This document shows positions 25,867 through 35,217 of a DNA stretch of 39,200 nt, one piece after another. The first letter of the stretch is position 1. The number at the start of each line of letters is the position of its first letter. Source of the stretch: a virus (taxonomy: Duplodnaviria; Heunggongvirae; Uroviricota; Caudoviricetes). The position numbers were made by a program, and so were the translations under genes. Location of the stretch: positions 113,999 through 153,198 of the IMG/VR virus record IMGVR_UViG_3300015360_001243. One strand, 5' to 3'. A model generated the notes under the pieces. That model did not search any database and was not told the origin of the DNA. It saw only the letters and a program-made list of their open reading frames with translations.

Positions 25867-28800
25867 TCTGACTTTGTCTCATTACATAATCAAACCGATT
25901 TTTCTATTCTCGATTCTCTTATCTCTCCAAAAGCTCTTTTCAATCGAGCCAAAGAGTTAGGACAAACGGCAGTCGCAGTTACCGACCACGGAACACTGGC
26001 TGCCACTTGGGACGCGCTCAAAGCTTCGCGCGACACTGGAGTGAAGCTCATCATCGGATGCGAATGTTATTTCGTAGAGGATGCCAGTAATATCAATGAG
26101 AAGTTTAGGCACATCATTCTTCTAGCTAAGAATGCGGTGGGATATCGAAATTTACTAACGCTCAACAAAAAGGGATTCGACCAAGGACATTTTCTTGGCA
26201 AGAGAGTTTATCCAGTTGTTGACTGGAAGTTACTTGCTCAGCATGCCGAAGGACTTATTTGCCTTACTGCTTGTGGCAATGGTATCATTAGTCAATTACT
26301 AATGAACAAGAAATTTGAAGAAGCAGGACAAACCCTTCTCAAACTCAAAGTATTGTTTGGTGAGAATCTTGGTTTAGAGATTCAGGCAAACAACATGAAG
26401 CGTGGCTCTAATATTTTTAACGATGAAATTGATCAGCAGTTTCTCAATCGTCGAATGATTGAGCTTGGTAAGGCGCATGGAGTTCGTGTTGTTCCAACTT
26501 GTAACGCTCATTATGTCAAAAAAGAAGATAGCGATACGCACGATACTTTGTTGGCGATCGGCTCTCATCAACCCAAGCATTCTAATTTCCGCCTCAAGTA
26601 TCCCGTTTCGGATTTCTACATGAAGACGGGCGAGGAAGTAGCGACCTTTTTTACTCGTAACTACGGTGAAAATGTCGCTAAAGAATTGTGTGCTAATACC
26701 ATTTTCTTCTCAGAAATGTGCGAACAGCCAGATTGGATTGATCCTAAGTTTTCGAATCCTTCAGGGAAAGAACTTCCAATTTTCCCGGTGAAAGATGAGC
26801 CCGACCTACCGGAGTTTTTCGCCTGGGTTGCTACTCAGCCTGACGATGTCAAAACTTTAGAAGATGATAAGTTATTCCTGCGTTTTCACTGTCAAAAGTA
26901 TTTCGAGTCTCGTATTAAGGATCTGACTGATGAGAAGCGAGTTGAGTATCAAGCTCGTCTGGCCGAAGAGTTAGACGTTATTGAGTTCCACGGATTTTCC
27001 AGTTATATGCTTATCGTTGCCGATTTTATTGATTGGGCACGTAAACATGATATTGCTGTTGGAGATGGTCGTGGTTCTGTTGGAGGGTCATTAATTGGAT
27101 TCCTTCTCGGCATCCATCAGGCTGATCCTATTAAGTACAATCTAATCTTTGCTCGTTTTCATAATAAGGAAAAGTCCAGCTTCCCAGATATTGATACTGA
27201 CTTTGCTCCTTCCGGTCGCGCGCGTGTGCAAGAGTACTTGCGTAAAAAGTATGGTGAGGACCACGTGGCTCACGTTTCTAACGTGAATACAATCACACCT
27301 AAAGTTTATGTTAGAGATATCTCTCGCGTATGCGAACTTGGTGGCTCTAAGGAAGATGCTGTTCGTATTGGTAATGATGTGGCCGATTGTATTCCTGCGG
27401 ATATTCACTCTATTGATGATGCTATTGCCAAGGTACCGCTGTTTGGTGAGTATTGTAAGAAGTACCCTCAGCTTCTTCAGTATCGAGACATCTGCGGCAA
27501 GTACCGTGCATGGTCAACCCATGCCGGAGGTATCATTATCTCTGCTCGTCCTTTGACCGGCCTCGTCCCTCTTAGGAAGGATAAGGATGGCGCACTAGCT
27601 ATTGAGTACGATAAGGACAAGGCCGAAGAGAATGGTTTGGTCAAGATGGATACTCTTGGTCTTACGACTTTAGATATTATTGGTGAGACTTATAAGATCA
27701 TTAAAGCTCGTGGTAAAGAATTGCCACCAGAAATTATGGACTATGATGTCTATGATAAAGAGTCCTATGATCTTATCACTAGCGGCGACACGTTCTGTGT
27801 TTTCCAGTTAGGAACCAGCGCCGGAACCATTGACTTGTGCCGCAGAATCAAGCCAATGAATATCAATGACCTTGCTAACATCAACGCTCTTGCCCGCCCT
27901 TCGGCTCGTGACATGCGTAATGATTTTATCAAAACTAGAAATGGTGAGAGAAAATTCTCGCTTCTTCATCCTAAGTTAGGTCGTGCTTTCAATAGCACTT
28001 ACGGCTTCGGTCTTTATGAAGAGTGTTTGATGTATCTGGCTCAGGACGTAGCAGGATGGTCTCTTCACTCTGCCGACCGTTTGCGTAAGCTAACGAAGGA
28101 AAAGGGCAAGAATCCAAAGAAGGCTCAAGCCTGGAGAACAGAATTCATTACGGATGCTACTAAGCAAGGCGTTAATGAAGAGATTGCTAAGCGTATTTGG
28201 GATGAAGTTGTAGACAAGTTCCAAGGTTACGGCTTCAACGTCTCTCACGCTGTTCTTTATTCTATGACTGGTTTCAAGACCGCTTATCTCAAAGGACATT
28301 ACCCTATTGAGTTCTTGTTAGCTAACTTAATGGATAAGGTTAAATCTAATGCTCCAGACGCTGTCAACGAAATTAACAAGATTAAGAAAGAGTTAAGGAA
28401 GCATAAAGTCAAGATTGTACCACCGGATATCAATCACTCTGAATTGACCTATACTATTTCTGATGGTAACAAACTGATGACGGGACTTGATGCTCTCAAG
28501 TTTGTCGGTGACGATGCTATTAAAGAGATTATCGAGAAGCGCCCCTTCAATAGTTTTTTTGATTTCATGGCCAGAATAGATTCCAAGAAGGTAAGAGCTA
28601 ATAGTATTCAGGCTCTTGCGGCTGCTGGAGCTATGGATTCTTTCAAGCTTCCACGTAAACTTATCTTCTTGTATGTTTCTGATTATCGTAAGAAGCTCCA
28701 AGTTTGGATGAAGAAGCATGATCCTTCTAAGGAAGAATTTATATACCCGTGGCCGGCTGAGACGGATTGGACTATTCCTGAGCTTTATGCCCTGGAACAG

Positions 28801-29394
28801 TTTTACTTGGGCGAATCCTTTATCTGCAAGCCTGCCGAGGCTTATGGTAAGTTCTTCAAGGATAGCCATGTAACAATTTATGAAGTTCGTAAGGAGGCCG
28901 ACAAGACCAAAGTTCGCCCAGTCAAGGCTATTGTTCGAGACTATTTCGAGTTCAAGGTCAAGAAAGAGACTAGCAAGTACTATGGCCAATCCATGGTCAA
29001 GGCCGTAATTGAAGATAAAAACGGCGACCAGTGCTCTTGTACTATCTTCCCAGACCGCTGGAAGATGGTTCAGGACCGTATCAAGGAAGTCAATAGTAAA
29101 GCTGAATTTGACTCTGGGATTGGTTTAAGCTTCTCTGGAAGTACCAATAACTATGAAGATGATATTGGTATTATTTTGGATGATGTTTATACCGTTGCCA
29201 CTATCCCAGCCCTACCTGCTGACTTGAAGGCCAAGAAAGTCAATCTAAAGGAAGCTAAAGCCAAGGGAAAACTAGGCGTTTCGTCTGCTGCGGACTATGT
29301 TAATAATGCTGGCCAGACCCTAGAAGAGCGCCTAGAAGACATGCTCTACGATGAAGGGCTCATTGATTTAGATGAAGACCCTGACGATGATTGA
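25864..29394 (+). CDS. dnaE: DNA polymerase III alpha subunit (DnaE type)
   Basis: PHP domain (TDHG, GCE, LLAKN), GRGSVGGSL, FPDIDTDF catalytic motif, STHAGG, KMDTLGL, FQGYGFNVSHA, OB-fold; AGGAAG SD before ATG 25864. Confidence 0.97.
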   Translation: MSDFVSLHNQTDFSILDSLISPKALFNRAKELGQTAVAVTDHGTLAATWDALKASRDTGVKLIIGCECYFVEDASNINEKFRHIILLAKNAVGYRNLLTLNKKGFDQGHFLGKRVYPVVDWKLLAQHAEGLICLTACGNGIISQLLMNKKFEEAGQTLLKLKVLFGENLGLEIQANNMKRGSNIFNDEIDQQFLNRRMIELGKAHGVRVVPTCNAHYVKKEDSDTHDTLLAIGSHQPKHSNFRLKYPVSDFYMKTGEEVATFFTRNYGENVAKELCANTIFFSEMCEQPDWIDPKFSNPSGKELPIFPVKDEPDLPEFFAWVATQPDDVKTLEDDKLFLRFHCQKYFESRIKDLTDEKRVEYQARLAEELDVIEFHGFSSYMLIVADFIDWARKHDIAVGDGRGSVGGSLIGFLLGIHQADPIKYNLIFARFHNKEKSSFPDIDTDFAPSGRARVQEYLRKKYGEDHVAHVSNVNTITPKVYVRDISRVCELGGSKEDAVRIGNDVADCIPADIHSIDDAIAKVPLFGEYCKKYPQLLQYRDICGKYRAWSTHAGGIIISARPLTGLVPLRKDKDGALAIEYDKDKAEENGLVKMDTLGLTTLDIIGETYKIIKARGKELPPEIMDYDVYDKESYDLITSGDTFCVFQLGTSAGTIDLCRRIKPMNINDLANINALARPSARDMRNDFIKTRNGERKFSLLHPKLGRAFNSTYGFGLYEECLMYLAQDVAGWSLHSADRLRKLTKEKGKNPKKAQAWRTEFITDATKQGVNEEIAKRIWDEVVDKFQGYGFNVSHAVLYSMTGFKTAYLKGHYPIEFLLANLMDKVKSNAPDAVNEINKIKKELRKHKVKIVPPDINHSELTYTISDGNKLMTGLDALKFVGDDAIKEIIEKRPFNSFFDFMARIDSKKVRANSIQALAAAGAMDSFKLPRKLIFLYVSDYRKKLQVWMKKHDPSKEEFIYPWPAETDWTIPELYALEQFYLGESFICKPAEAYGKFFKDSHVTIYEVRKEADKTKVRPVKAIVRDYFEFKVKKETSKYYGQSMVKAVIEDKNGDQCSCTIFPDRWKMVQDRIKEVNSKAEFDSGIGLSFSGSTNNYEDDIGIILDDVYTVATIPALPADLKAKKVNLKEAKAKGKLGVSSAADYVNNAGQTLEERLEDMLYDEGLIDLDEDPDDD

Positions 29395-29417
29395 TATATA
29401 CGATATTAGATAATAAT

Positions 29418-29444
29418 AAAACCGGGCTTTTAACCCGGTTTTTT
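29418..29444. terminator. Rho-independent terminator after dnaE (possibly bidirectional)
   Basis: AAAACCGGG-CTTTTAA-CCCGGTTTT-TT. Confidence 0.8.
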
Positions 29445-29460
29445 GGTTAAATGAAATAGA

Positions 29461-29469
29461 TGATATAAT
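29461..29469 (+). promoter_or_regulatory. Extended -10 promoter element
   Basis: Exact TGnTATAAT (TGATATAAT) just past the terminator, 37 nt before ATG 29507. Confidence 0.55.
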
Positions 29470-29506
29470 TTGTATATGCAATCTAGGCATACTAAGGGAT
29501 AAAGTT

Positions 29507-30436
29507 ATGAAGCTAAAAGAATGGGCAGACAAACAGGGCATTTCATATTTGACGGCATGGCGCTGGTTCAAAGCACACGATGCACGCCTTGCTAATGCAT
29601 ACCAATCTGATTCTGGTACGATTATCGTTCCAGACGATTCTGATGCTTTGGAGCCGTCAATGGGTGTCGCACAATCAAGTAATGATGTCATGTCTTCTGT
29701 TCTTAAAAAGACAGTAGAACTTAGTAAAACCAATGGGTCAGTCGAAGACCTTGCTGCATGGATTCTTTCTAATTTTAGTTTAAAGCCAAATACTTATTCT
29801 GAAACTCCAAAGTACTCTAGAGTTAAACCAAAATCTGAAGAGGTACAAAACCACTTCAAACAATTCTTGAAGCCAAAGGGCGACAAGCCAAAGCCAAACA
29901 TGTTTACAGCAGATCCTGCTGCACTTGATGATTTGATGGCTAAGTCTGATGATTTAACAACTAAAGAATTAGTTGATGAAATTCACAAGATTGGAGCCGA
30001 TGCCGGCGCCTCAGTAAACGCTACTGATGCTCCAGAAGTAGAAGATCTTATGAAAGATCTATCTTTTGCATTAAATACAAACTCGCCACCTTTAGCATCA
30101 GGTATTATGACTAGTGCTTCCGGAAACCCATTCCTTATGAATGGTATTACGAACTATGGTGACATTGCTGGGGGTGTGGTTTCGAGGAGTGTTGATTTAA
30201 CTCCACAACAACTCAACTATACCGACTCTACGAACGACACCTTCAGCAATTCTTATGGTACCGCCGGCTCCTCGGTACTACTGAGCGCAGCTTCTGCTGG
30301 CCCAGTTACACAATCTTTTTACAGTGCGGCATTTCAGCCAACTCAGAAAGAGATTGAATCGGCTTCCCGTATTTCCTCTACGGTTACTGAAAAACCACGC
30401 AGAGGAAGAAAATCCTTAAAGGGGAAGAAACAATGA
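29507..30436 (+). CDS. Protein with IS607-resolvase-like N-terminal HTH and long non-catalytic tail
   Basis: MKLKEWADKQGISYLTAWRWFKA...SGTIIV matches the MerR-like HTH of IS607 TnpA; no YARVS serine-recombinase motif follows. Confidence 0.7.
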   Translation: MKLKEWADKQGISYLTAWRWFKAHDARLANAYQSDSGTIIVPDDSDALEPSMGVAQSSNDVMSSVLKKTVELSKTNGSVEDLAAWILSNFSLKPNTYSETPKYSRVKPKSEEVQNHFKQFLKPKGDKPKPNMFTADPAALDDLMAKSDDLTTKELVDEIHKIGADAGASVNATDAPEVEDLMKDLSFALNTNSPPLASGIMTSASGNPFLMNGITNYGDIAGGVVSRSVDLTPQQLNYTDSTNDTFSNSYGTAGSSVLLSAASAGPVTQSFYSAAFQPTQKEIESASRISSTVTEKPRRGRKSLKGKKQ

Positions 30437-31089
30437 AGTTTGTGCCTAATTTTGTTCAAAAAATCATATGGAAGTTTAACTGCTTTGCACTTACCAAACA
30501 AGTTTGTTTGAGTAAATGGTTTAATTCAAAGTATTTTTTCTTGTTCGAACTACTTACTTTAAAATCAGTGTTGCTTAGTAATAAACTAGTTAGAAAATAT
30601 ATTGTTCTAAAAGGTAAGGATCCTGATTATGCAGCTCCTGCACCTCTTCCAATCCCGCCACCCGAACCAACTATTGAAGAGATCTTGAATAAACATGGTA
30701 TTTTTTCTACCAGAGGTAAAAGTACTAATATGTTTGGTGGTTATAAATATGGATGGGTAAAGAATCCAAGCACACACCCTGTATTAAAGGCCCGAGCCGC
30801 GTTTAAAGAATCTCAGAGAGTCCCGGTGTTCGTACCAGAGCCAGCTCCATTAGAAGTGACTTTGCATCAAACGGAGGCTGTTGAAACTCCAAGTGAGCCA
30901 GTTGAAAATCCGTTTTTTAGTGCATCAGGTGAAATAAATCCAGCGTCCTTAAAGGGCGCTCTTGAAAAGCTTAAGGAATATGCTTTTGAATTAGAAACGC
31001 AAGCATTAGCTCAAGAAATTAGTTCTAATCCACCTTCTGTTAAGAAGAGTAAAGTAAAGACTATTAAGACATCTAAGAAGAGAAATTAA
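30433..31089 (+). CDS. Hypothetical protein (218 aa)
   Basis: ATGA overlap with upstream stop; Pro-rich and basic segments. Confidence 0.72.
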   Translation: MKFVPNFVQKIIWKFNCFALTKQVCLSKWFNSKYFFLFELLTLKSVLLSNKLVRKYIVLKGKDPDYAAPAPLPIPPPEPTIEEILNKHGIFSTRGKSTNMFGGYKYGWVKNPSTHPVLKARAAFKESQRVPVFVPEPAPLEVTLHQTEAVETPSEPVENPFFSASGEINPASLKGALEKLKEYAFELETQALAQEISSNPPSVKKSKVKTIKTSKKRN

Positions 31090-31101
31090 GGGATAAAATT
31101 A

Positions 31102-31527
31102 ATGATTCGAAAAATCAAACAATATTCTGATAGAGGAAGTATTAAGAACATAGCAAACGCAATTGTTGATGGCAATTTTGCTATTACTCAACTTCCTCCT
31201 ACGGCCTCTGAATTGAGAGTACAGAAATTGTTTGAGTATGCTCAAAAAAATAATGATAAAGAATTGCAAGACGCTACCGGCTTTATTACTACAGATTACA
31301 TCGGCGATAAAACAGCTTTACCGCTGAGCGTCTATCGTATTAGAAAGATAGTTGATGATATAAAGTCTAAGTCACCTGGCAGGATCGAACAACTCAGCCA
31401 AGAATATTCTGATTGTTTTCCAGAATCACTAAGTGATGTTTTAGGAAAAGAATATCGAAATCAAAAAGCTATGATTAAAAACGCTAGTGCCCAGAAGTAT
31501 CCGTTATTCTGGAGAGTGAGTAAATAA
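31102..31527 (+). CDS. Hypothetical protein (141 aa)
   Basis: TAAGGGATAAA leader shared with gene 29507; ORF in operon-like packing. Confidence 0.75.
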   Translation: MIRKIKQYSDRGSIKNIANAIVDGNFAITQLPPTASELRVQKLFEYAQKNNDKELQDATGFITTDYIGDKTALPLSVYRIRKIVDDIKSKSPGRIEQLSQEYSDCFPESLSDVLGKEYRNQKAMIKNASAQKYPLFWRVSK

Positions 31528-32396
31528 TGAAGTGTATATCTTGTTCAACTGAAATCAATCCGCAATGGAAACATGCTATTGATATGAACGTTTGTCCTTT
31601 TTGCGGCAAGCATATTATGGAAGAGCATCTAAAGAATCTATTTGCTTCTTTACGTGAAACCATGGATGGATTACAAGCTTATCCAGAGCAACTAGATGAT
31701 TGGATGTTATCTAATCATAATTACGTTAAAACTGATTCTCCTGATATTGGTAAGTATATGCCTGCCGATATGGTTAAGGATCTAAAGAAATTAGAGGATG
31801 ATAAGGATTTTCATAAACGAAAAGAAAGTCAAAAGTTTACAGTCAAGGTAAAGACTGAGAATGGTGAAGAGGAAGTTTTGGCTGAAAAGATTCAGTCAGA
31901 GGAGGCAACCAGCGACTTTTTCAAAAGGGCCGAGGTTATTAGACCAGTATCCTCCCAGCAGCCAAGTGCCCAAGGTGGTGGCGGCTCCACGAACCATAAT
32001 TTCCAATCCCCAGCAGAAAAGACTCAACATCTTAAAAAAGTTGCACAACAAATCAAAAGAGAAGGGTCTCAAGGTATAACCATGAGCGGAGGCTCAATGT
32101 CCCTACCTGCTGAAATGTTGGAACACGCGGATCCGGAAGCTGTAGCAGAATTTCAGTCCATGATGTCTGGAGGCGAAATTAGTTCTTCCATAGACTCTGG
32201 TGGGGATGATGATGTTCCTTCTCATATCCTAGCCGCTAATCAGGCTTTGGCGGCCCGCAAGGGCAAAGGCGGCTCTAGTAATGCAGCCGATCTATTAAAG
32301 CTCCAGCAGATGCAAGAGCGCGTAAAGAACTCACGAGAAGCTTTTGAAACTGGAGAGAATCGTGGCAGTAAAGGCGGCGGGTTTTCCAGAACCTAA
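31527..32396 (+). CDS. Hypothetical protein with N-terminal zinc ribbon
   Basis: MKCISC...CPFCG; TAATG coupling. Confidence 0.8.
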   Translation: MKCISCSTEINPQWKHAIDMNVCPFCGKHIMEEHLKNLFASLRETMDGLQAYPEQLDDWMLSNHNYVKTDSPDIGKYMPADMVKDLKKLEDDKDFHKRKESQKFTVKVKTENGEEEVLAEKIQSEEATSDFFKRAEVIRPVSSQQPSAQGGGGSTNHNFQSPAEKTQHLKKVAQQIKREGSQGITMSGGSMSLPAEMLEHADPEAVAEFQSMMSGGEISSSIDSGGDDDVPSHILAANQALAARKGKGGSSNAADLLKLQQMQERVKNSREAFETGENRGSKGGGFSRT

Positions 32397-32411
32397 AAAG
32401 GACGGTAAGTT

Positions 32412-32714
32412 ATGTCCATGAGAGTAATTGATAATAAAAAGGTCGATATGACCGATGATGAAGTAAAGATGTATGATAGAATCGTGCAATCTTATACTAC
32501 GGCCACTAATAAGGGCGAAGACCTTTTCATCGATCTTTTTGAAACTGACAATGATGGTATTATTGTCTTTTTAAAGCCACCTTCTAAGTTCCGAACGAGC
32601 TTCGAAGTATTCTTGTTTTTGATGAGTATTATGCAGCATCAGCATCTTCGACAGATGCACAAACAGGTGGACGATGCCTGCAAACAAATTAAAGAAAAGT
32701 TGAAAGACAAGTAA
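32412..32714 (+). CDS. Hypothetical protein (100 aa)
   Basis: ORF in operon-like packing; no family recognised. Confidence 0.78.
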   Translation: MSMRVIDNKKVDMTDDEVKMYDRIVQSYTTATNKGEDLFIDLFETDNDGIIVFLKPPSKFRTSFEVFLFLMSIMQHQHLRQMHKQVDDACKQIKEKLKDK

Positions 32715-32769
32715 TACTATTTGTCGAGAAAAAGTTCAACTGATTACATATTATAGTAAGGAAGACGAT

Positions 32770-33282
32770 ATGAGCCAGCAAGTAAGACTTGGTGATTTGT
32801 TAGGGACAGAGTTAGAGGAAGATTTTGCTAATTTCGACCTGACTGAAATCCAGGATGTGTTGGAAAGACTTCAGGAAACTGATGCCATTGACTTGGCTCA
32901 CGCTGAGTTATTGCAACAACAAGCATTAAGGGGAGCAGACGTAATTGTAGGTCATCTGGGGAAGATTGTGAAAACAGTTGGTTACCTAGAAGCTAAAGTA
33001 GCAAGCACAAAAAATAAAGTGTCTTTGGATTATCAAGCGCCAGATGGGGCAAGAACAACCTTAGACATGAAAAAATGGGCAGGAGAAAGTTCGCCCGAAG
33101 TAGAAGAAGTGCAAATTAAACTAGCAAAGGCCAAGGGAAGCAAACTCGTACTTGAACGTAAATATGAACTTTTGGTGAAATCTCACCATCATTTTAAAGA
33201 TATTGCGGCGGGCCTCAGACGAACGATCCTCGGATATAGTTCTGGCACGACAAACGAGAAAGTTCCCGATGGCTACGAATGA
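32770..33282 (+). CDS. Helical hypothetical protein, possible UvsY-like recombination mediator
   Basis: 170 aa, coiled-coil pattern, immediately upstream of recA. UvsY resemblance is by size, position and pattern only. Confidence 0.45.
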   Translation: MSQQVRLGDLLGTELEEDFANFDLTEIQDVLERLQETDAIDLAHAELLQQQALRGADVIVGHLGKIVKTVGYLEAKVASTKNKVSLDYQAPDGARTTLDMKKWAGESSPEVEEVQIKLAKAKGSKLVLERKYELLVKSHHHFKDIAAGLRRTILGYSSGTTNEKVPDGYE

Positions 33283-33293
33283 TAGGAGATAGA

Positions 33294-34460
33294 ATGTCGA
33301 ATAAATTAGACGCATTTTTCAAAAGTTATGCGGAGTCAGCAGAACAACTTGATTACAAAATGGCCCATGAAACTGTAGGTAAGAAGTTACCTGCAACCTC
33401 AACGGGCTCTCTAGCGTTAGATAACGCTCTGTCAGCGGGCGGCTTACCAAAGGGTAGACTCTTTCAATATTATGGTCCAACTGGATCCGGTAAAACGTTG
33501 ATGGCAATGTTGGCTATGAAAGAAGCTCAGGCCGACGATCCCACCGCTCAACAAATGTTTATTGACGCAGAAGGAACTTTCGATCCTAACTGGGCAGAAT
33601 CTCTAGGATTAGATACTTCTCGTATCATCTTGGTTGAACAAGAGACTGCCGTTATTGGTCGTAAATGTTTTGAATTGATTCTTGGTGTTCCTAAGGAAGA
33701 CAAGAAGACGCACGAATTAGTCGGCAAAGCTAAAGATGGATTGCTAGACCTTATCATGGCTGGCGAATTGAACATCAATATGGTGGTTCTAGATTCCTTG
33801 GGAGCCATCATGCCCCCTGGAGAAGATATCTCTAGAGTCGGTAAAATGAATATGTCTTTGCTTGCAAGGTTTTTGACTACGACATTCCGTAAGCTATCTT
33901 TAGATGCTAATAAGGCTCAAGTTCCTTTCATCTTTATTAATCACAAGAAAGATGGAATGGATCCTTATGGATCAGATCACACATTCTCTGGTGGTAATAG
34001 TTACGCTCATTTCTTGTCAGCTAACATCTATTTTGAATCAGTCAATAGGGCTGATGCCAAGGTGTTGGATGAGAATGAAGATAGAATTGGCGCCACCATT
34101 CGTGCCACTATTGAGAAATCTAAGTTCGGTCCGTGGCCGCGCAAGTGCGAATTCAGAGTAAACTTTGGAATCGGCGTTATAGACAAGCATCTTGAGATCG
34201 CTCAACTGGCACTAGATTACAATGTAGTCACTAAGCCAACAACCGTATCTCATGAATTTGGAGATCGTAAGTGGGTTGGTTTCGGTAAGTTCTGCGATGC
34301 AATCAAAGATGAACCAGCGCTATATGATGAATTAGCTCTCAAGATTATCGAAGCTCGCGATGCGAAACTTGCAGATAAGTTGAAGGAGCAAGAGCTTAAA
34401 ACTGCCGCTCGTGAAGCCGAAGTTAAAGAGGGCAAGAAGAAAGTAAAGAAAGGCGAATAA
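33294..34460 (+). CDS. recA: RecA-family recombinase
   Basis: GGLPKGR, YGPTGSGKT Walker A, FIDAEGTFD, VVLDSLGA Walker B, IFINH, GG, KSKFGP; AGGAG SD favours ATG 33294 over 33279. Confidence 0.93.
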   Translation: MSNKLDAFFKSYAESAEQLDYKMAHETVGKKLPATSTGSLALDNALSAGGLPKGRLFQYYGPTGSGKTLMAMLAMKEAQADDPTAQQMFIDAEGTFDPNWAESLGLDTSRIILVEQETAVIGRKCFELILGVPKEDKKTHELVGKAKDGLLDLIMAGELNINMVVLDSLGAIMPPGEDISRVGKMNMSLLARFLTTTFRKLSLDANKAQVPFIFINHKKDGMDPYGSDHTFSGGNSYAHFLSANIYFESVNRADAKVLDENEDRIGATIRATIEKSKFGPWPRKCEFRVNFGIGVIDKHLEIAQLALDYNVVTKPTTVSHEFGDRKWVGFGKFCDAIKDEPALYDELALKIIEARDAKLADKLKEQELKTAAREAEVKEGKKKVKKGE

Positions 34461-34461
34461 A

Positions 34462-34803
34462 ATGACTGAGAAAGATTTCGCAGTTAGTTCAGTAGGGATT
34501 CCATCAGTAGCTACGGTTTCAAAGAAACCTTGTTATTTGATTACCCTAGTGGACCCTGCTGGAAAAGGAACAATAGTAAGTCGTTTTATTACGCTTGACA
34601 AGCCTGACTTGCTAAGTGGATTTGTCCAAGTTAAAGGAACCTTTGTTGAAGGCGGCGATGAAGTTTTGGTAAAAACTTTTACTGAAGTTTTAGCTGCAAC
34701 CCCTAAAGAATCCTTTATAGATATTATGCTTCCTTGGCATCGTATACACAGCATAAGAAGCCTTGTTTTTAATGCAAATAAACCCGCAACAGTAATCAGA
34801 TAA
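34462..34803 (+). CDS. Hypothetical protein (113 aa)
   Basis: ORF in operon-like packing. Confidence 0.75.
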   Translation: MTEKDFAVSSVGIPSVATVSKKPCYLITLVDPAGKGTIVSRFITLDKPDLLSGFVQVKGTFVEGGDEVLVKTFTEVLAATPKESFIDIMLPWHRIHSIRSLVFNANKPATVIR

Positions 34804-34812
34804 AGTAAGAAA

Positions 34813-35139
34813 GTGAGCAATAAAATGGCATCTAATAGTAAGACAAATAATCGCAGAATTTCTGCAATCGACAGTGTCGACGACATTGTTTTTCGTGGAG
34901 TTTCTTCGGTTGTTGAAAAACAATCTAAGGACATGTGGATTGGGACCATGACTGAGTTGGCAAGAGCTTTGAACAGAGTTTCAAGCAAGAGACAACGCAC
35001 GATTCTACCAGGAAGTCCAGGCGCTCTTAGAGTGGTAATTAATAGAGTAGTGAATAGACTACGTAACAGTGGTATCGGAGTAAGATTTGTTCGTACTACT
35101 GATCATGGAAGAACTCGTTTAGTTAGATTTACACAATAA
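34813..35139 (+). CDS. Basic hypothetical protein, possible nucleic-acid binding
   Basis: Arg-rich 108-aa ORF; GTG 34813 or ATG 34825 start. Confidence 0.7.
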   Translation: MSNKMASNSKTNNRRISAIDSVDDIVFRGVSSVVEKQSKDMWIGTMTELARALNRVSSKRQRTILPGSPGALRVVINRVVNRLRNSGIGVRFVRTTDHGRTRLVRFTQ

Positions 35140-35217
35140 TGTGTAGTAGAATAAAAACAGTAGATTGTTAATAGAAAAGTACCTTAGTGTACAGAAGATA
35201 AATAACAGGAGATTAAG

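Noticed and set aside
25864-29394. Intein or intron in dnaE, recA or other genes
   Set aside because: Lengths are normal and no Cys/Ser...His-Asn splice junctions or LAGLIDADG blocks interrupt the conserved motifs.
29507-30436. Active IS607 insertion sequence
   Set aside because: No catalytic serine-recombinase motif, no tnpB, no element boundaries visible.
29493-31097. Shared 11-mer TAAGGGATAAA before genes 29507 and 31102
   Set aside because: Position matches a ribosome-binding site variant; two copies are too few to claim a separate regulatory element.
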